DNA of 64,000 nt from Nitrospinaceae bacterium (GCA_965223665.1 OZ245011.1:3744001-3808000), one strand, 5' to 3'; shown: positions 9,885 through 19,800, counted from the first letter of the stretch. Numbers and translations: made by a program. The notes: generated by a model from the letters alone, not told the origin.

Positions 9885-10571
9885 ATGGATGGAATTGAGT
9901 CTTATAGATATGAGAGAAAGTTTTTGGTGACGGCTCTTTCTTATGAAGAGTTAAATCAAAAAATCCTCCTCCATCCTGCCATATTTCAGCCGATTTATCA
10001 TAAACGTTACGTAAACAATATTTACTTTGACAGCCCAGATTTAACCAGTTTTGTTGACAATGTTGAAGGAGTTGGAAAAAGAACAAAATTTAGGATTAGA
10101 TGGTATGGATCTTTATCAGGGAAAATTCAAAAGCCAGTTTTGGAAATTAAAAATAAAACTGGATTTCTATGTAGTAAAGAATTGTATCCTATAGAGGGTT
10201 TTACCATAGACGAAGAATTTTCAATTAAAAAGGTTATGGACAGTGTAACGCGTTCGAAAATACCTAAAAGTGTTGTTGTTCAATTGGGTCTATTAGAGCC
10301 CGTTTTAATTAATAGATATTTAAGAAACTATTTTTTATCCATTGATGGCGATTTTAGAATTACTATCGACAGGGAATTAAGTTTTTTCCCCTTTGATTTA
10401 TCTTTTCCAAGGTTATTGGATCACGAAATGAAAGAATCGTTTAGTATTCTAGAACTAAAATATGCTTTAGAAAAGGACGATGAAGCTCAGAGAATTTCAA
10501 ATGCCTTTGATTTTCGCCTTACAAAAAGTTCCAAATACGTAAATGGCGTTTTTCGTTTAATGGCGGAATAA
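9885..10571 (+). CDS. VTC domain / polyphosphate polymerase domain protein (CYTH-like tunnel metalloenzyme)
   Basis: RYERKF, NIYFD, R.KFRIRWY, LEIK.K, Y.R.YF, RITID, ILELKY, SKY motifs. Confidence 0.88.
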   Translation: MDGIESYRYERKFLVTALSYEELNQKILLHPAIFQPIYHKRYVNNIYFDSPDLTSFVDNVEGVGKRTKFRIRWYGSLSGKIQKPVLEIKNKTGFLCSKELYPIEGFTIDEEFSIKKVMDSVTRSKIPKSVVVQLGLLEPVLINRYLRNYFLSIDGDFRITIDRELSFFPFDLSFPRLLDHEMKESFSILELKYALEKDDEAQRISNAFDFRLTKSSKYVNGVFRLMAE

Positions 10572-10624
10572 AAAAACTGTAATTAAAAAGCTTAATACTG
10601 GTTATGACGAATTAAATTAAAGTT

Positions 10625-11542
10625 TTAAGCGCCTTGAAAAAAGTTGTATGTTTTTGTCAAACCTTTTTCTAGAGAATAAGTAGGTTTCCAACCAAAGGAT
10701 GAGTTAAGCTTTCTAAAATCGATCACACTTCTACGTTGTTCCCCTTTTCTAGGCGATTCATGGGAAGCTTCAATGTTTTTCCCAGAAATTTTTGTCAGGT
10801 ATTTACTCAGACTGTTGACAGTCGTTTCTTGTGCAGTACCTACATTAAAAACTCCCTGACAATCCTCTGAGAGCGCTACATTGTTTGCTTGTACCACATC
10901 GAAAACTGAAACAAAATCTCGAGTTTGCTCACCATCTCCATAAATAATGGGAATTTGATTTCCTATTAATTTTTGACAAAAAATTGCAACTACACCCGCT
11001 TCACCGTGAGGATCTTGACGAGGGCCATATACATTGCTATATCTCAATACAGCTGTATTCAAATTGTATGTTTGATTATAAAAACGCATATAATTTTCAA
11101 CGCTAAACTTGGCAATTCCATAAGGGCTGAGGGGCCGACAAGGATGTTTTTCACAGGCAGGAAAATATTCCTGTTCTCCGTAAATAGCTCCTCCAGTGGA
11201 AGCAAAAACAAATTTTTTCACTTTGTATTCGTTCGCTAGTTTTAATATTTTCAAACTTCCAAGTATATTGATCTCGGCATCAAAGCTAGGATCAGAAACT
11301 GATTGGGTGACTGAAATTTGTGCGGCGTGATGGTTAATCTTATCAATTTTCTCATTTTTGAAAATGGTTTCGACTTCGGGATCCATCAAATCCATTTCAT
11401 AAAATTTTGCATCGGGATGAATATTACTTTTTTTTCCTGAAGAAAGATTATCAAGAACGATTACCCGATAACCTTTAGAGATATAAGACTCTACAATATG
11501 TGAACCAATGAAACCGGCCCCCCCGGTAACTAAAATGTTCAT
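10625..11542 (-). CDS. NAD-dependent epimerase/dehydratase (UDP-glucose 4-epimerase-like)
   Basis: MNILVTGGAGFIGSH, HAAQ, YGIAK (YxxxK), NVYGPRQ, GDGEQTRDF; start placed at the Met of MNILVTGG. Confidence 0.92.
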   Translation of the reverse strand: MNILVTGGAGFIGSHIVESYISKGYRVIVLDNLSSGKKSNIHPDAKFYEMDLMDPEVETIFKNEKIDKINHHAAQISVTQSVSDPSFDAEINILGSLKILKLANEYKVKKFVFASTGGAIYGEQEYFPACEKHPCRPLSPYGIAKFSVENYMRFYNQTYNLNTAVLRYSNVYGPRQDPHGEAGVVAIFCQKLIGNQIPIIYGDGEQTRDFVSVFDVVQANNVALSEDCQGVFNVGTAQETTVNSLSKYLTKISGKNIEASHESPRKGEQRRSVIDFRKLNSSFGWKPTYSLEKGLTKTYNFFQGA

Positions 11543-11579
11543 ATATATTCCTTGAGATAACTTTGAGTTACTAAATGAT

Positions 11580-12992
11580 TTATCTACCCTTACCAAAAAC
11601 CATGAGATGTGCTGTTTTTAATAGTATAGCGGCATCAAGTTTAAAAGAGTAGTGTCGAATGTAATAGAGATCATATTCGAACTTTTTGATCGCATCATTA
11701 AAGTCAAACCCATAGTTAAAGTTTACTTGCGACCAACCCGTAATCCCGGGTTTTACAAGATGTCTGAAGCGATAACAAGGAAATTGGCTTTCATAAGCTT
11801 GAGTCAATTGGTGTTGCTCAGGCCTAGGTCCGATAATACTCATATCTCCCTTCAAAACATTCCAAATTTGAGGAATTTCATCCAAATGGGAGGCCCGTAA
11901 CCATTTCCCTAACTTGGTAATTCGGTCATCATTCGAATTGGTGCAAGCATCTCCGTGGTTTTCTCTTTGGACCATGGTTCTATATTTATAGACTTGGAAG
12001 GGTTGATTGTTTTTCCCAGTTCTTGCCTGCTTAAAAATTGCTGGACCCTTTCCTTCTAGTTTAATTAACAAGGGAATAATCACAAACAATGGACTCATTA
12101 GAATTAAACTTAAAGAAGCAATCGTTATGTCAATTAAGCGTTTAATATTTTCAAAAATGGGTTGTCGGGCAAATTGAAAACCAGGACCTAATAATAATTG
12201 AGGATGCATTATTGATGCAGGTACTCTTTTGAAATATTCTTCATAAAACTTGTCTACACTTAGTATTGGAACTTGACCAAAATGACATTCAATTAATTTC
12301 TCAACCATTTCTTTAGGCATTCCTCTTCGATCAGCGGCTAAAACAACCGCATCATGCATACCGTTTAAATTTTCTAATTGCCAAAGAGGATCTCCTTCTA
12401 CAATAGGAGAATCGTTGTCATTTTGTGAAAGTCGTTCTCCAACTTTTTCTAAATTGATTTCAACAAAACGTAATCCCTGTTTCAATTTTGATTCTGTGCA
12501 ATCTTGATAAATAGTTTGCGCTACAGGACCTGAACCTATAATTAGTAGTTTTCTTCCATCCAGAAACTTATTGGCCCACCTTGATAAAGATCTTCTATAA
12601 AGAAGAGAAAGGGGTAAAAAAGTTAAAAAGACTAATGGCAAAATCCCACGTCCCAGGTTATTTTCGGGTTGCATTGCAAAAATATAAACAACCGAAACCG
12701 TTAAAATTGCAGCGGATACTAAAGCAATCACATGTTCGCTGGCATATTCAAGACTCAATAAATCTCTTTTAGGGGAGTAGCCGTCAATAATATATAGAGC
12801 TAAAAAAGTAAATCCAAATGGGATTAACCATTGAATTCCCATAGCTGTAGAAATATCTAGGTTGTCAAAACGAAATAGATTGAAAACAAGAAAGAGTAAC
12901 CAAAGGCTCAGTGCATCTAATAGTAAAAAAGTGGTTGCAATTCCTTTTTTGAAGGCCATATGTTTTTTAGATTGTATAGTTGTCGTCATCAT
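11580..12992 (-). CDS. Exopolysaccharide polyprenyl glycosylphosphotransferase (priming sugar transferase)
   Basis: 4 N-terminal TMs, Rossmann-like IIGSG, KR.IDI, KYRTM, DEIPQ.WNVLKGDMS.IGPRPE, KPGITGWSQV, YDLYYI. Confidence 0.92.
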   Translation of the reverse strand: MMTTTIQSKKHMAFKKGIATTFLLLDALSLWLLFLVFNLFRFDNLDISTAMGIQWLIPFGFTFLALYIIDGYSPKRDLLSLEYASEHVIALVSAAILTVSVVYIFAMQPENNLGRGILPLVFLTFLPLSLLYRRSLSRWANKFLDGRKLLIIGSGPVAQTIYQDCTESKLKQGLRFVEINLEKVGERLSQNDNDSPIVEGDPLWQLENLNGMHDAVVLAADRRGMPKEMVEKLIECHFGQVPILSVDKFYEEYFKRVPASIMHPQLLLGPGFQFARQPIFENIKRLIDITIASLSLILMSPLFVIIPLLIKLEGKGPAIFKQARTGKNNQPFQVYKYRTMVQRENHGDACTNSNDDRITKLGKWLRASHLDEIPQIWNVLKGDMSIIGPRPEQHQLTQAYESQFPCYRFRHLVKPGITGWSQVNFNYGFDFNDAIKKFEYDLYYIRHYSFKLDAAILLKTAHLMVFGKGR

Positions 12993-13081
12993 TATTTATA
13001 CAGATTTACATAAAATATCAATTTATAGATTTACATTCCAAATGCTGTATGAAAATAATAAAAACTAAGCCTCCGCTTATC

Positions 13082-13101
13082 AATACCCCTGTAGGGGTAT
13101 T
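13082..13101. promoter_or_regulatory. Perfect palindrome AATACCCCT-GT-AGGGGTATT (candidate operator or hairpin)
   Basis: 9-bp arms with a 2-nt spacer upstream of the priming glycosyltransferase; resembles TACCC..GGGTA boxes of CsoR/RcnR-type repressors. Confidence 0.35.
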
Positions 13102-13383
13102 TTTATTGGGGTTGGATTTGGGAAATTTGAGATTGAGATAAGTTTAAGAATTTTATGGTGAGTTTAATATGCCCCATCCCCTTGTAAACCATTCACTTTA
13201 AAAGCGCTATTTTATTAAAAGGTATTGTAAATTGTCAATAGTTTAGATGGGTCAGGAAGGGAATAGATAGATAAAAGAAAAATTCTTGATGAAAATGTAA
13301 CAGAATCTAAATTCTTTTGTGATCAAATTTTAGAGGAAAATGTAAATTTAAATGAAGGATAAAAGTTTAAATTTTTTGTCCCA

Positions 13384-14301
13384 CTAAAAGAAACTTCGTG
13401 GGACATGGATAATATCTCCTGGTTGCAATAGTAGATTTTTAGATAAATCTCCATCAAAAATTACTTTGTCCAATTCCACCTGAATCTTTTGAATGGCCTT
13501 ACTACCGGAACTGGATTTTCTATAAACCTGCGTTGATCTGGGGCGTGCCACATCTGTTAAACCTTCTGCCATTAAAATAGCATCCAAAACCGTCATTCCC
13601 TCATGAAAGGTGATAACTTGTGGCCTCTGTACCTCTCCCATGATATTGATACGCTTATCAAAATTATCAGCAATGTAAACCAGGTCGTCCTGTTGAAGCC
13701 AAATATTTTGGCTAAAATCTCCATTATTCACTAAATCATGAATATTAAGTTCCAGTTTCTTTCCATTTCTAAGGAGATAGGAATTATGCAAATCAGCTTG
13801 CTCAGTAAAGCCTTTTCCAAGTGAAAACAAGTGCAATAAAGAAATAGGGCGGTTGACTTTATAAGTATCGGGGGCATTCACCTGTCCCCAAATTGAAATT
13901 TTAATACTGTTAATTTCCTTAACGATAACCGTAATACTTGCATCGGTAATATAGTCCCTGAGGCGATCAGCCATCTTTTCTTTCAATTGGTCAGGAGTCA
14001 GACCTTTAGCCTTGACATCTCCAATGAGAGGGAAAGAAATGAAACCATCAGGCCTGACAGGCATTTCAGTGGTTAATTCCTTATTTCCCCATACAGCAAT
14101 TTGGAGTACATCTTCAGGGCCTAAAAGAAAATCCCCTTTAGCTGAACCTTTTCCAGGTGCACCTGAGTCGCTTATACCGCCATTATTCATTTCTTTTGGA
14201 TTGTCTGAAATGTCAAAATCGAAAGGGGCGGCGAAACTAATGGATTGAATTAAAAAAAGGGTCATCAAGGTAACCAAGGGAATCAATAATCTATCTCGCA
14301 T
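13384..14301 (-). CDS. Polysaccharide export protein (OPX/Wza family) with SLBB domains
   Basis: Signal peptide, LGPEDVLQI.VW...VRPDG.ISFPLIG PES motif, two SLBB repeats, ends LQPGDIIHVP. Confidence 0.9.
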   Translation of the reverse strand: MRDRLLIPLVTLMTLFLIQSISFAAPFDFDISDNPKEMNNGGISDSGAPGKGSAKGDFLLGPEDVLQIAVWGNKELTTEMPVRPDGFISFPLIGDVKAKGLTPDQLKEKMADRLRDYITDASITVIVKEINSIKISIWGQVNAPDTYKVNRPISLLHLFSLGKGFTEQADLHNSYLLRNGKKLELNIHDLVNNGDFSQNIWLQQDDLVYIADNFDKRINIMGEVQRPQVITFHEGMTVLDAILMAEGLTDVARPRSTQVYRKSSSGSKAIQKIQVELDKVIFDGDLSKNLLLQPGDIIHVPRSFF

Positions 14302-14443
14302 AAGGTACTCCTTAGAGGCTTTTGAAAATAACGGCCAAAGTTTTGAAATTGTTTGGAAAGAATTTTTAAAATGGAGCTTATTATATGATATCGCGAAAAA
14401 CGATATTTCTCTACAGAAATTTTAATACAAAGGGGTGACTACT

Positions 14444-15829
14444 TTAAAAAGTGGCAATGACACTGAGGCCAACTAAATTATTGCTGTATTCACGATCTAC
14501 AAAGTTGGAATCATTAGTGCGGAATTGATATCTCAATTGGGCTTGTAACCATTCCTGAATATGGTAAGCAAGGTTAAGGGAAAATAAGAAAAAGTTATCC
14601 TCTCTGATTCTTTGTAATCCGGGCGGAGGAGGTGTAGGGTTTGAGTCTCCCGCAAAATCCTGAACAGCAACATCATAATCTAGGCGGTTATATTGTGCTC
14701 TTCCAGTAATAGTCCATTTTGTTAAAATTTGTTGAGTCACAGAAAACCCTACAACATGTCTAAGAAAGGATTGGTTCACATTGAAGGTAGCATCAAGAAC
14801 GTCTCTTGTAACAAAAAATCTATAACTCGTTCTTTCTTTGGGACGGTAAGTAACGTTGAAAAAGAATACGAAATCGGTGCGATTCTGACTCAGTTGTGAA
14901 AGTACTTGCTGAAAAATCATGGATTGAACGCCCAAGCCTAAGTTAACCAAAATTAAAGGAGTCGCTTGCCATTTCCAGGTACCGTAAAACGTATGTGTAT
15001 TGGAATGAGCGTTATTTGGAGAGAGTTCATCATACCTTATCTTTTGATAGCGATACTGAATTCCAAAAGCTGTTTGCGGAGTCCATTGAAATAGAAACTG
15101 AGGATTAATAATGTAAATAATATCGTCTTGTGTGTCTGCAGGAAAGCTAAAATCTTCTCGCTGAATACTTCCATCCAAAAGAAATTGAAATCGCTTGGTG
15201 AGATTATAAATAAAATTTAAATAGCCCCTGTAATCAAACCTTTCAATCCGTGGATTTAAGTTGGCTGCAATTTCAGGATTTCGCAGTTGTCGGGTATCTA
15301 AATAACTTCCCCCTATTTTTAACTCAGAACGCCCACCTTTTCCACCAAACAATAAATACGAGTCAATTTCATGAATAAAAGTATCTTGATCATTGAGGTC
15401 TACAAAGTCCTCATAGCGGCCGTTATATTGAAAATGAAAGCCAAATACTTCTCCAGTTTCACGGGGTAAATCTATTGCAAGAGTAGGAATATAAGCAAAA
15501 ATAGTATCCTCAATTTTACCCTCTGAATTCCCATTCGGAAATGCTCGATCGGCAAGTAGGAAAACATTATTATTATAAACAACTTCCATACCAAAGCTGG
15601 GAGTAATAACCCACCGCCCCAAGTGTGTATTTTTTAATGCCTGCGCCTGGGTAACCAAAGTACACAAACCTAGAAGCAAAAAAAGGAAAATCCTGGGAAT
15701 CCAGTTTTGAGTTAATTGGGTGTAATATTTTGAAAAGGTTGGATCAACTTGTCGCATTTTCTTTTTAAATGATTCCATTTCTTTGAAAAGCGTAGTATTT
15801 TGAAAAATCAGCGTTAATTCCATTTCCAC
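14444..15829 (-). CDS. Outer-membrane beta-barrel protein of polysaccharide export (BBP2-like)
   Basis: Signal peptide ending AQA, YNNNVF motif, alternating aromatic beta strands, C-terminal Phe; immediately upstream of OPX; true start probably downstream of 15829. Confidence 0.78.
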   Translation of the reverse strand: MEMELTLIFQNTTLFKEMESFKKKMRQVDPTFSKYYTQLTQNWIPRIFLFLLLGLCTLVTQAQALKNTHLGRWVITPSFGMEVVYNNNVFLLADRAFPNGNSEGKIEDTIFAYIPTLAIDLPRETGEVFGFHFQYNGRYEDFVDLNDQDTFIHEIDSYLLFGGKGGRSELKIGGSYLDTRQLRNPEIAANLNPRIERFDYRGYLNFIYNLTKRFQFLLDGSIQREDFSFPADTQDDIIYIINPQFLFQWTPQTAFGIQYRYQKIRYDELSPNNAHSNTHTFYGTWKWQATPLILVNLGLGVQSMIFQQVLSQLSQNRTDFVFFFNVTYRPKERTSYRFFVTRDVLDATFNVNQSFLRHVVGFSVTQQILTKWTITGRAQYNRLDYDVAVQDFAGDSNPTPPPPGLQRIREDNFFLFSLNLAYHIQEWLQAQLRYQFRTNDSNFVDREYSNNLVGLSVIATF

Positions 15830-16059
15830 CGGGGCACCACTCTAGCATAATTAAGCGGATTTTTCTGAAAAAATCTTTAAAAATGTTAAAAAAATTGGTG
15901 AATTAAATGACCAATTTGGGGGATATTTTTTTCTAATATCTCTGAGCCAAAAGACAAATACATATTTTTTTGTTTGAAGACATCTTAAGTTTGCCGTAAA
16001 AGTTATTGAAAAATGCGTAGATATAACTTTCACTCGATTTTTTTTAAAAAATTGGTTTT

Positions 16060-17385
16060 TTGCCTAAATTTGGAGTCTTTTTGGGATTTATGGATATTGA
16101 TGGCTACAGAATTATATCTTTCTTTGGATTTTTCTCCATTTGTTTCCTGGCCTGGGTCACAGGCAGGTGTCGAAGCATAAACCTTAGAACCATTGTTGGA
16201 AGTTTATTGTTGGCCTGGGTTCTGGGTTTTTTAATTTTTGGGATCCCGGGGTCTCGGGTTTTGTTACTTATGTTAAATGACGGAGTTTTGACTTTAATAA
16301 AAGCTTCGCAAAAAGGAACTCTTTTTTTATTTGGACCACTTGCTTTAGGACCTGGTCAAACCCTTCCTGATGGGACTGCTTCTATCGGATTTGTTTTAGC
16401 AATGCAGGTTTTACCATCCGTTATTTTCTTTTCTGCACTTCTCAGTGGACTCTATTATTTAAATATAATGCCTTGGCTTATTCGAGGCTTTGCAGTGGTC
16501 TTTTATAAAGTTATGAGATTGTCTGGGGCAGAGGCTCTATCCGCTTCAGCAAATATTTTTGTGGGAATAGAATCTAGTCTGACCGTCCGACCGTATTTAT
16601 CTAAATTAACCGCTTCAGAACTATTAACTTTGCTTACCTGCATGATGGCTACGGTGGCCAGCACTGTTTTAGGAATATATGTAATGGCATTGCAAAGTAC
16701 TTTCCCGCAAATAGCGGCCCACCTGATTTCTGCCAGTGTCATATCCATTCCCTGCGCAATTTTAATTAGCAAGCTTTCCCTCCCAGAAACGGAAAACCCG
16801 GAAACCATGAAATTACTACCTCAAAATTCACCAAATGAAACCTCCACGAACAATAAAGAGGTTTCTTCCTCAAACTTGATGGTGGCTCTTATGGATGGAG
16901 GGGCGCAAGGAGTGAAAATGGCAGTTGGTATTGGAACTCTATTAATTGTTGTTCTAGGACTGGAGTCGCTGATTGATTTAGTTTTGGGGAAATTTATTAT
17001 TGATGGGGATCCGCTTACCTTGGGAAAGCTACTGGGTTGGCTAACCTGGCCTTTTACCGTTTTACTCGGGTTGCAACCGAATGAATGGATGGTAGCATCC
17101 AAGATCTTGGGGTCCCGTTTTATTGAGACAGAGGTGGCAGCCTATTTTAATCTGGCGGCATTCCAGTCAAGCACTCCACCCGCATTTTCGCCAAGATCGT
17201 TGGTAATTGTAACCTATGCTTTGTGCGGGTTTGTACATATTGCAAGTGCAGGTATTTTTATAGGAGGTTTAGCTCCCTTGATGCCAGCACGATTAAAAGA
17301 ATTGTCGCTTCTTGGAATGCGAGCATTGTGGACTGCATTTTTAGCGACTTTATTAACCGGTTGTATTGCTGGGGTGCTGGCTTAG
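16060..17385 (+). CDS. Concentrative nucleoside transporter (NupC/CNT family)
   Basis: F.FG, QVLP.VIFFSAL..LYYL, SGAE.LSA.ANIFVG..ES, TYALCGF; likely start at 16090. Confidence 0.92.
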   Translation: MPKFGVFLGFMDIDGYRIISFFGFFSICFLAWVTGRCRSINLRTIVGSLLLAWVLGFLIFGIPGSRVLLLMLNDGVLTLIKASQKGTLFLFGPLALGPGQTLPDGTASIGFVLAMQVLPSVIFFSALLSGLYYLNIMPWLIRGFAVVFYKVMRLSGAEALSASANIFVGIESSLTVRPYLSKLTASELLTLLTCMMATVASTVLGIYVMALQSTFPQIAAHLISASVISIPCAILISKLSLPETENPETMKLLPQNSPNETSTNNKEVSSSNLMVALMDGGAQGVKMAVGIGTLLIVVLGLESLIDLVLGKFIIDGDPLTLGKLLGWLTWPFTVLLGLQPNEWMVASKILGSRFIETEVAAYFNLAAFQSSTPPAFSPRSLVIVTYALCGFVHIASAGIFIGGLAPLMPARLKELSLLGMRALWTAFLATLLTGCIAGVLA

Positions 17386-17386
17386 T

Positions 17387-17533
17387 TTAGTTTTCTTTTA
17401 ATATTGCTGAAAGGATATGCCAAACAAACGAAATCACTATAATTACCCCTCCAACTAAAGCGATGATAATGGAGCGACTTTCCTTTTTTTGTTTTTCGGT
17501 GAGAGGGGGAAGCTTTTCTTCTTTGTCAGTCAT
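17387..17533 (-). CDS. Small single-TM protein (48 aa), not in the ORF track
   Basis: MTDKEEKLPPLTEKQKKESRSIIIALVGGVIIVISFVWHILSAILKEN-stop; charged N-terminus followed by one clean TM. Confidence 0.55.
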   Translation of the reverse strand: MTDKEEKLPPLTEKQKKESRSIIIALVGGVIIVISFVWHILSAILKEN

Positions 17534-17715
17534 AATTTCTTCAAATTGAATTTCAAAAAATACTAAGATTAAGTTTGACCCTCAATTCCTTTAAAAAATT
17601 TTTTGCATCGAAACTCAAAGTATTTTTTTAGGAGAAAGAGAAAGCTTTATTAAACATTAATCTTTCAATATTAATTTAAAGTTTTCTGATTTCCTGTAAT
17701 TAGGATTGAGTGCTT

Positions 17716-18066
17716 TTAAATTTCTCCTAATTCATCTTCTTCAAATAGTGATTCCATGGTTTCTCTATCACTTTCTTCATTCGTTTGCCGGTCGGCACGG
17801 TCGATAAATTCATTGACGGTTTTTAAATGTTCCTGCGAGATATTACATAAAACCAATCGTGTCATAATAGTTTCTTTTTCATAAAAGTTTAACAATTTAC
17901 CAATAAAGCCCATTAAAAAAGGAGAAAATAAAAGCTTAATATTTGAAAAATCCAACTCAATTGATTGGTTTTCTTTGAACATGGGATAGATTTTTTCGTA
18001 AAGGGAGAATCCATCCTCTAAAGAAACACAGGATGAACCAAACAGATCAAAAAGTATAAATCGCAT
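17716..18066 (-). CDS. STAS-like DUF4325 family protein
   Basis: G..CVS.EDG..LY..I, IELDF.NI....SPFL...IGKL pattern. Confidence 0.7.
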   Translation of the reverse strand: MRFILFDLFGSSCVSLEDGFSLYEKIYPMFKENQSIELDFSNIKLLFSPFLMGFIGKLLNFYEKETIMTRLVLCNISQEHLKTVNEFIDRADRQTNEESDRETMESLFEEDELGEI

Positions 18067-18201
18067 TTTTCCATTGCTCGTCTAAGGGTTCGATTTCTTT
18101 ATTGAAAAGTTATGGGCAATCATGGTAATAGATCAGTAAAAAAAGCGAACCAGTTCATGGTTAGTCTGATTAATTAGATAGTTTTTCTGGTCGAGAGATT
18201 T

Positions 18202-18333
18202 ATGTCAAACAATAAAAATTCTAAACAGGTTTTAAACAAAAGTGACAAATTCCGCCGATTTCTAATTTTTTTCTTTTATATTTTTATTGTGGGTGGAGGA
18301 ATTATTTACCATTTTATTATTAAACCCTTATGA
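18202..18333 (+). CDS. Small single-TM protein (43 aa), not in the ORF track
   Basis: MSNNKNSKQVLNKSDKFRRFLIFFFYIFIVGGGIIYHFIIKPL-stop, GAGAGA upstream. Confidence 0.45.
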   Translation: MSNNKNSKQVLNKSDKFRRFLIFFFYIFIVGGGIIYHFIIKPL

Positions 18334-18465
18334 TTTAAGGATTTAATAATTAATTTTTCTTTTGCTTATTTTTGGGTGATTTCTAAGTATTTCAGTTTAA
18401 GGAAATTGTATTAAGGCTGTGATTTAGAATCTTATAGGTGTGATTGTTTAGGCAGAATGAAAAAG

Positions 18466-19791
18466 CTAATCTGCCGATTTATTACCTAAGGTTAAAGTGA
18501 AAGTTGATCCATTGCCCTGAGAGCTTTTTGCAGTAATATTGCCTCCGTGCCGCTCCATTATTTTATGGCAAATAGCGAGGCCCATTCCTGTTCCTTCCTT
18601 TTCACTCCTACCATGAAGCCTTTCAAATGGTTTGAAAATTCGGTTATTGAACTTTTCATTAAAACCAATTCCATTATCGCTAACGGATATTTCCCATTTT
18701 TCTTTGTCTACAGGATGACTGGAAATAGAAATTTCAGGATTAGAGTCTGGTTTAGAAAATGTAATGGCATTATTAATTAATTGGGTAAAAAGTTGTCGCA
18801 TTTGAACTTTATCTACACAAAGAATGGGAAGTTCTTCGATATAAACTTTTGCTTTGGATCTGGCTATTTTGCTTTCTAGATCTAGAAGTGCTTCGTTGAC
18901 AACTTTTTCGATAGGGGTGCTTTCAAACTCGCATGATTTCGTGGAGATTCTTGTTAATTGAAGTAAGGCATCAATCAACTTTTGCATATGATTGGTTGCC
19001 TTGGACATCACTTTAATATATTCCTTAGCTTTTGGATCCAGTAAATTTTGGAATTTCGTTTGAAGTCTTTCTCCAAACGTAATCACTTTTCTCAAAGGTT
19101 CCTGTAAATCATGGGAGGCGGTATAAGCAAAATCTTTTAGCTCCTGAATATGTGTTTTAAGTTCTTCCGTGGTATTTTCTAATTCGACGGTACGTTTCTG
19201 CACCTTTTTTTCCAGAGATTTATTTTGGTCATTTAGCAGGTCATATAACGAACCGTTTTCTAGTGCATATGCAGTATGATGCATAACAATTGTAAGTAAT
19301 GTTGAAACCTCTGAAGGTATGTGTCGAGTATTTTTTTCAAGTCGGGCTAATACCATACCTTTGACTTTATTTTTTGTCGATAATATGTGTAAAAGTAACT
19401 TTTCTTGGAAATATTTGCTTTCTACAATGATGGCTCTATTTTGTTTTAAAGCCCAGGCAAAAGCTCCCTTTTCAATTTGATAATCTAATTCTAATCGAAG
19501 TTGATCGTTGTCTTCCTTTGGTTCTCCATTCACTAACTTGAAGCTTTTATCCGTTTCACTTACCTGAAAAAAACCAACGGATTTAAATTTTATTAATTGT
19601 TTTAAATAGTAGTTGGTTTTTTCAAAAATTTGTTGAGGGGTTGTGGACTTAGGAACATATCGATGCATTTCCCCCATAGAAGCTACTAATTCTAATGCGG
19701 AAAAGTACCATCTATTTTCATTTTCTAAATAAGAAATCCGAGCTTTTAACTTTTGAATGTCATCACGGTTTAAAGTTCCTAATTTATCCAT
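18466..19791 (-). CDS. Cytoplasmic sensor histidine kinase (GAF-like + coiled coil + HisKA/HATPase)
   Basis: FAYTASHDLQEPLR H-box, QLINNA, DNGIG, IFKPFERLH, GTGMGLAIC. Confidence 0.92.
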   Translation of the reverse strand: MDKLGTLNRDDIQKLKARISYLENENRWYFSALELVASMGEMHRYVPKSTTPQQIFEKTNYYLKQLIKFKSVGFFQVSETDKSFKLVNGEPKEDNDQLRLELDYQIEKGAFAWALKQNRAIIVESKYFQEKLLLHILSTKNKVKGMVLARLEKNTRHIPSEVSTLLTIVMHHTAYALENGSLYDLLNDQNKSLEKKVQKRTVELENTTEELKTHIQELKDFAYTASHDLQEPLRKVITFGERLQTKFQNLLDPKAKEYIKVMSKATNHMQKLIDALLQLTRISTKSCEFESTPIEKVVNEALLDLESKIARSKAKVYIEELPILCVDKVQMRQLFTQLINNAITFSKPDSNPEISISSHPVDKEKWEISVSDNGIGFNEKFNNRIFKPFERLHGRSEKEGTGMGLAICHKIMERHGGNITAKSSQGNGSTFTLTLGNKSAD

Positions 19792-19800
19792 GAATTTTTA

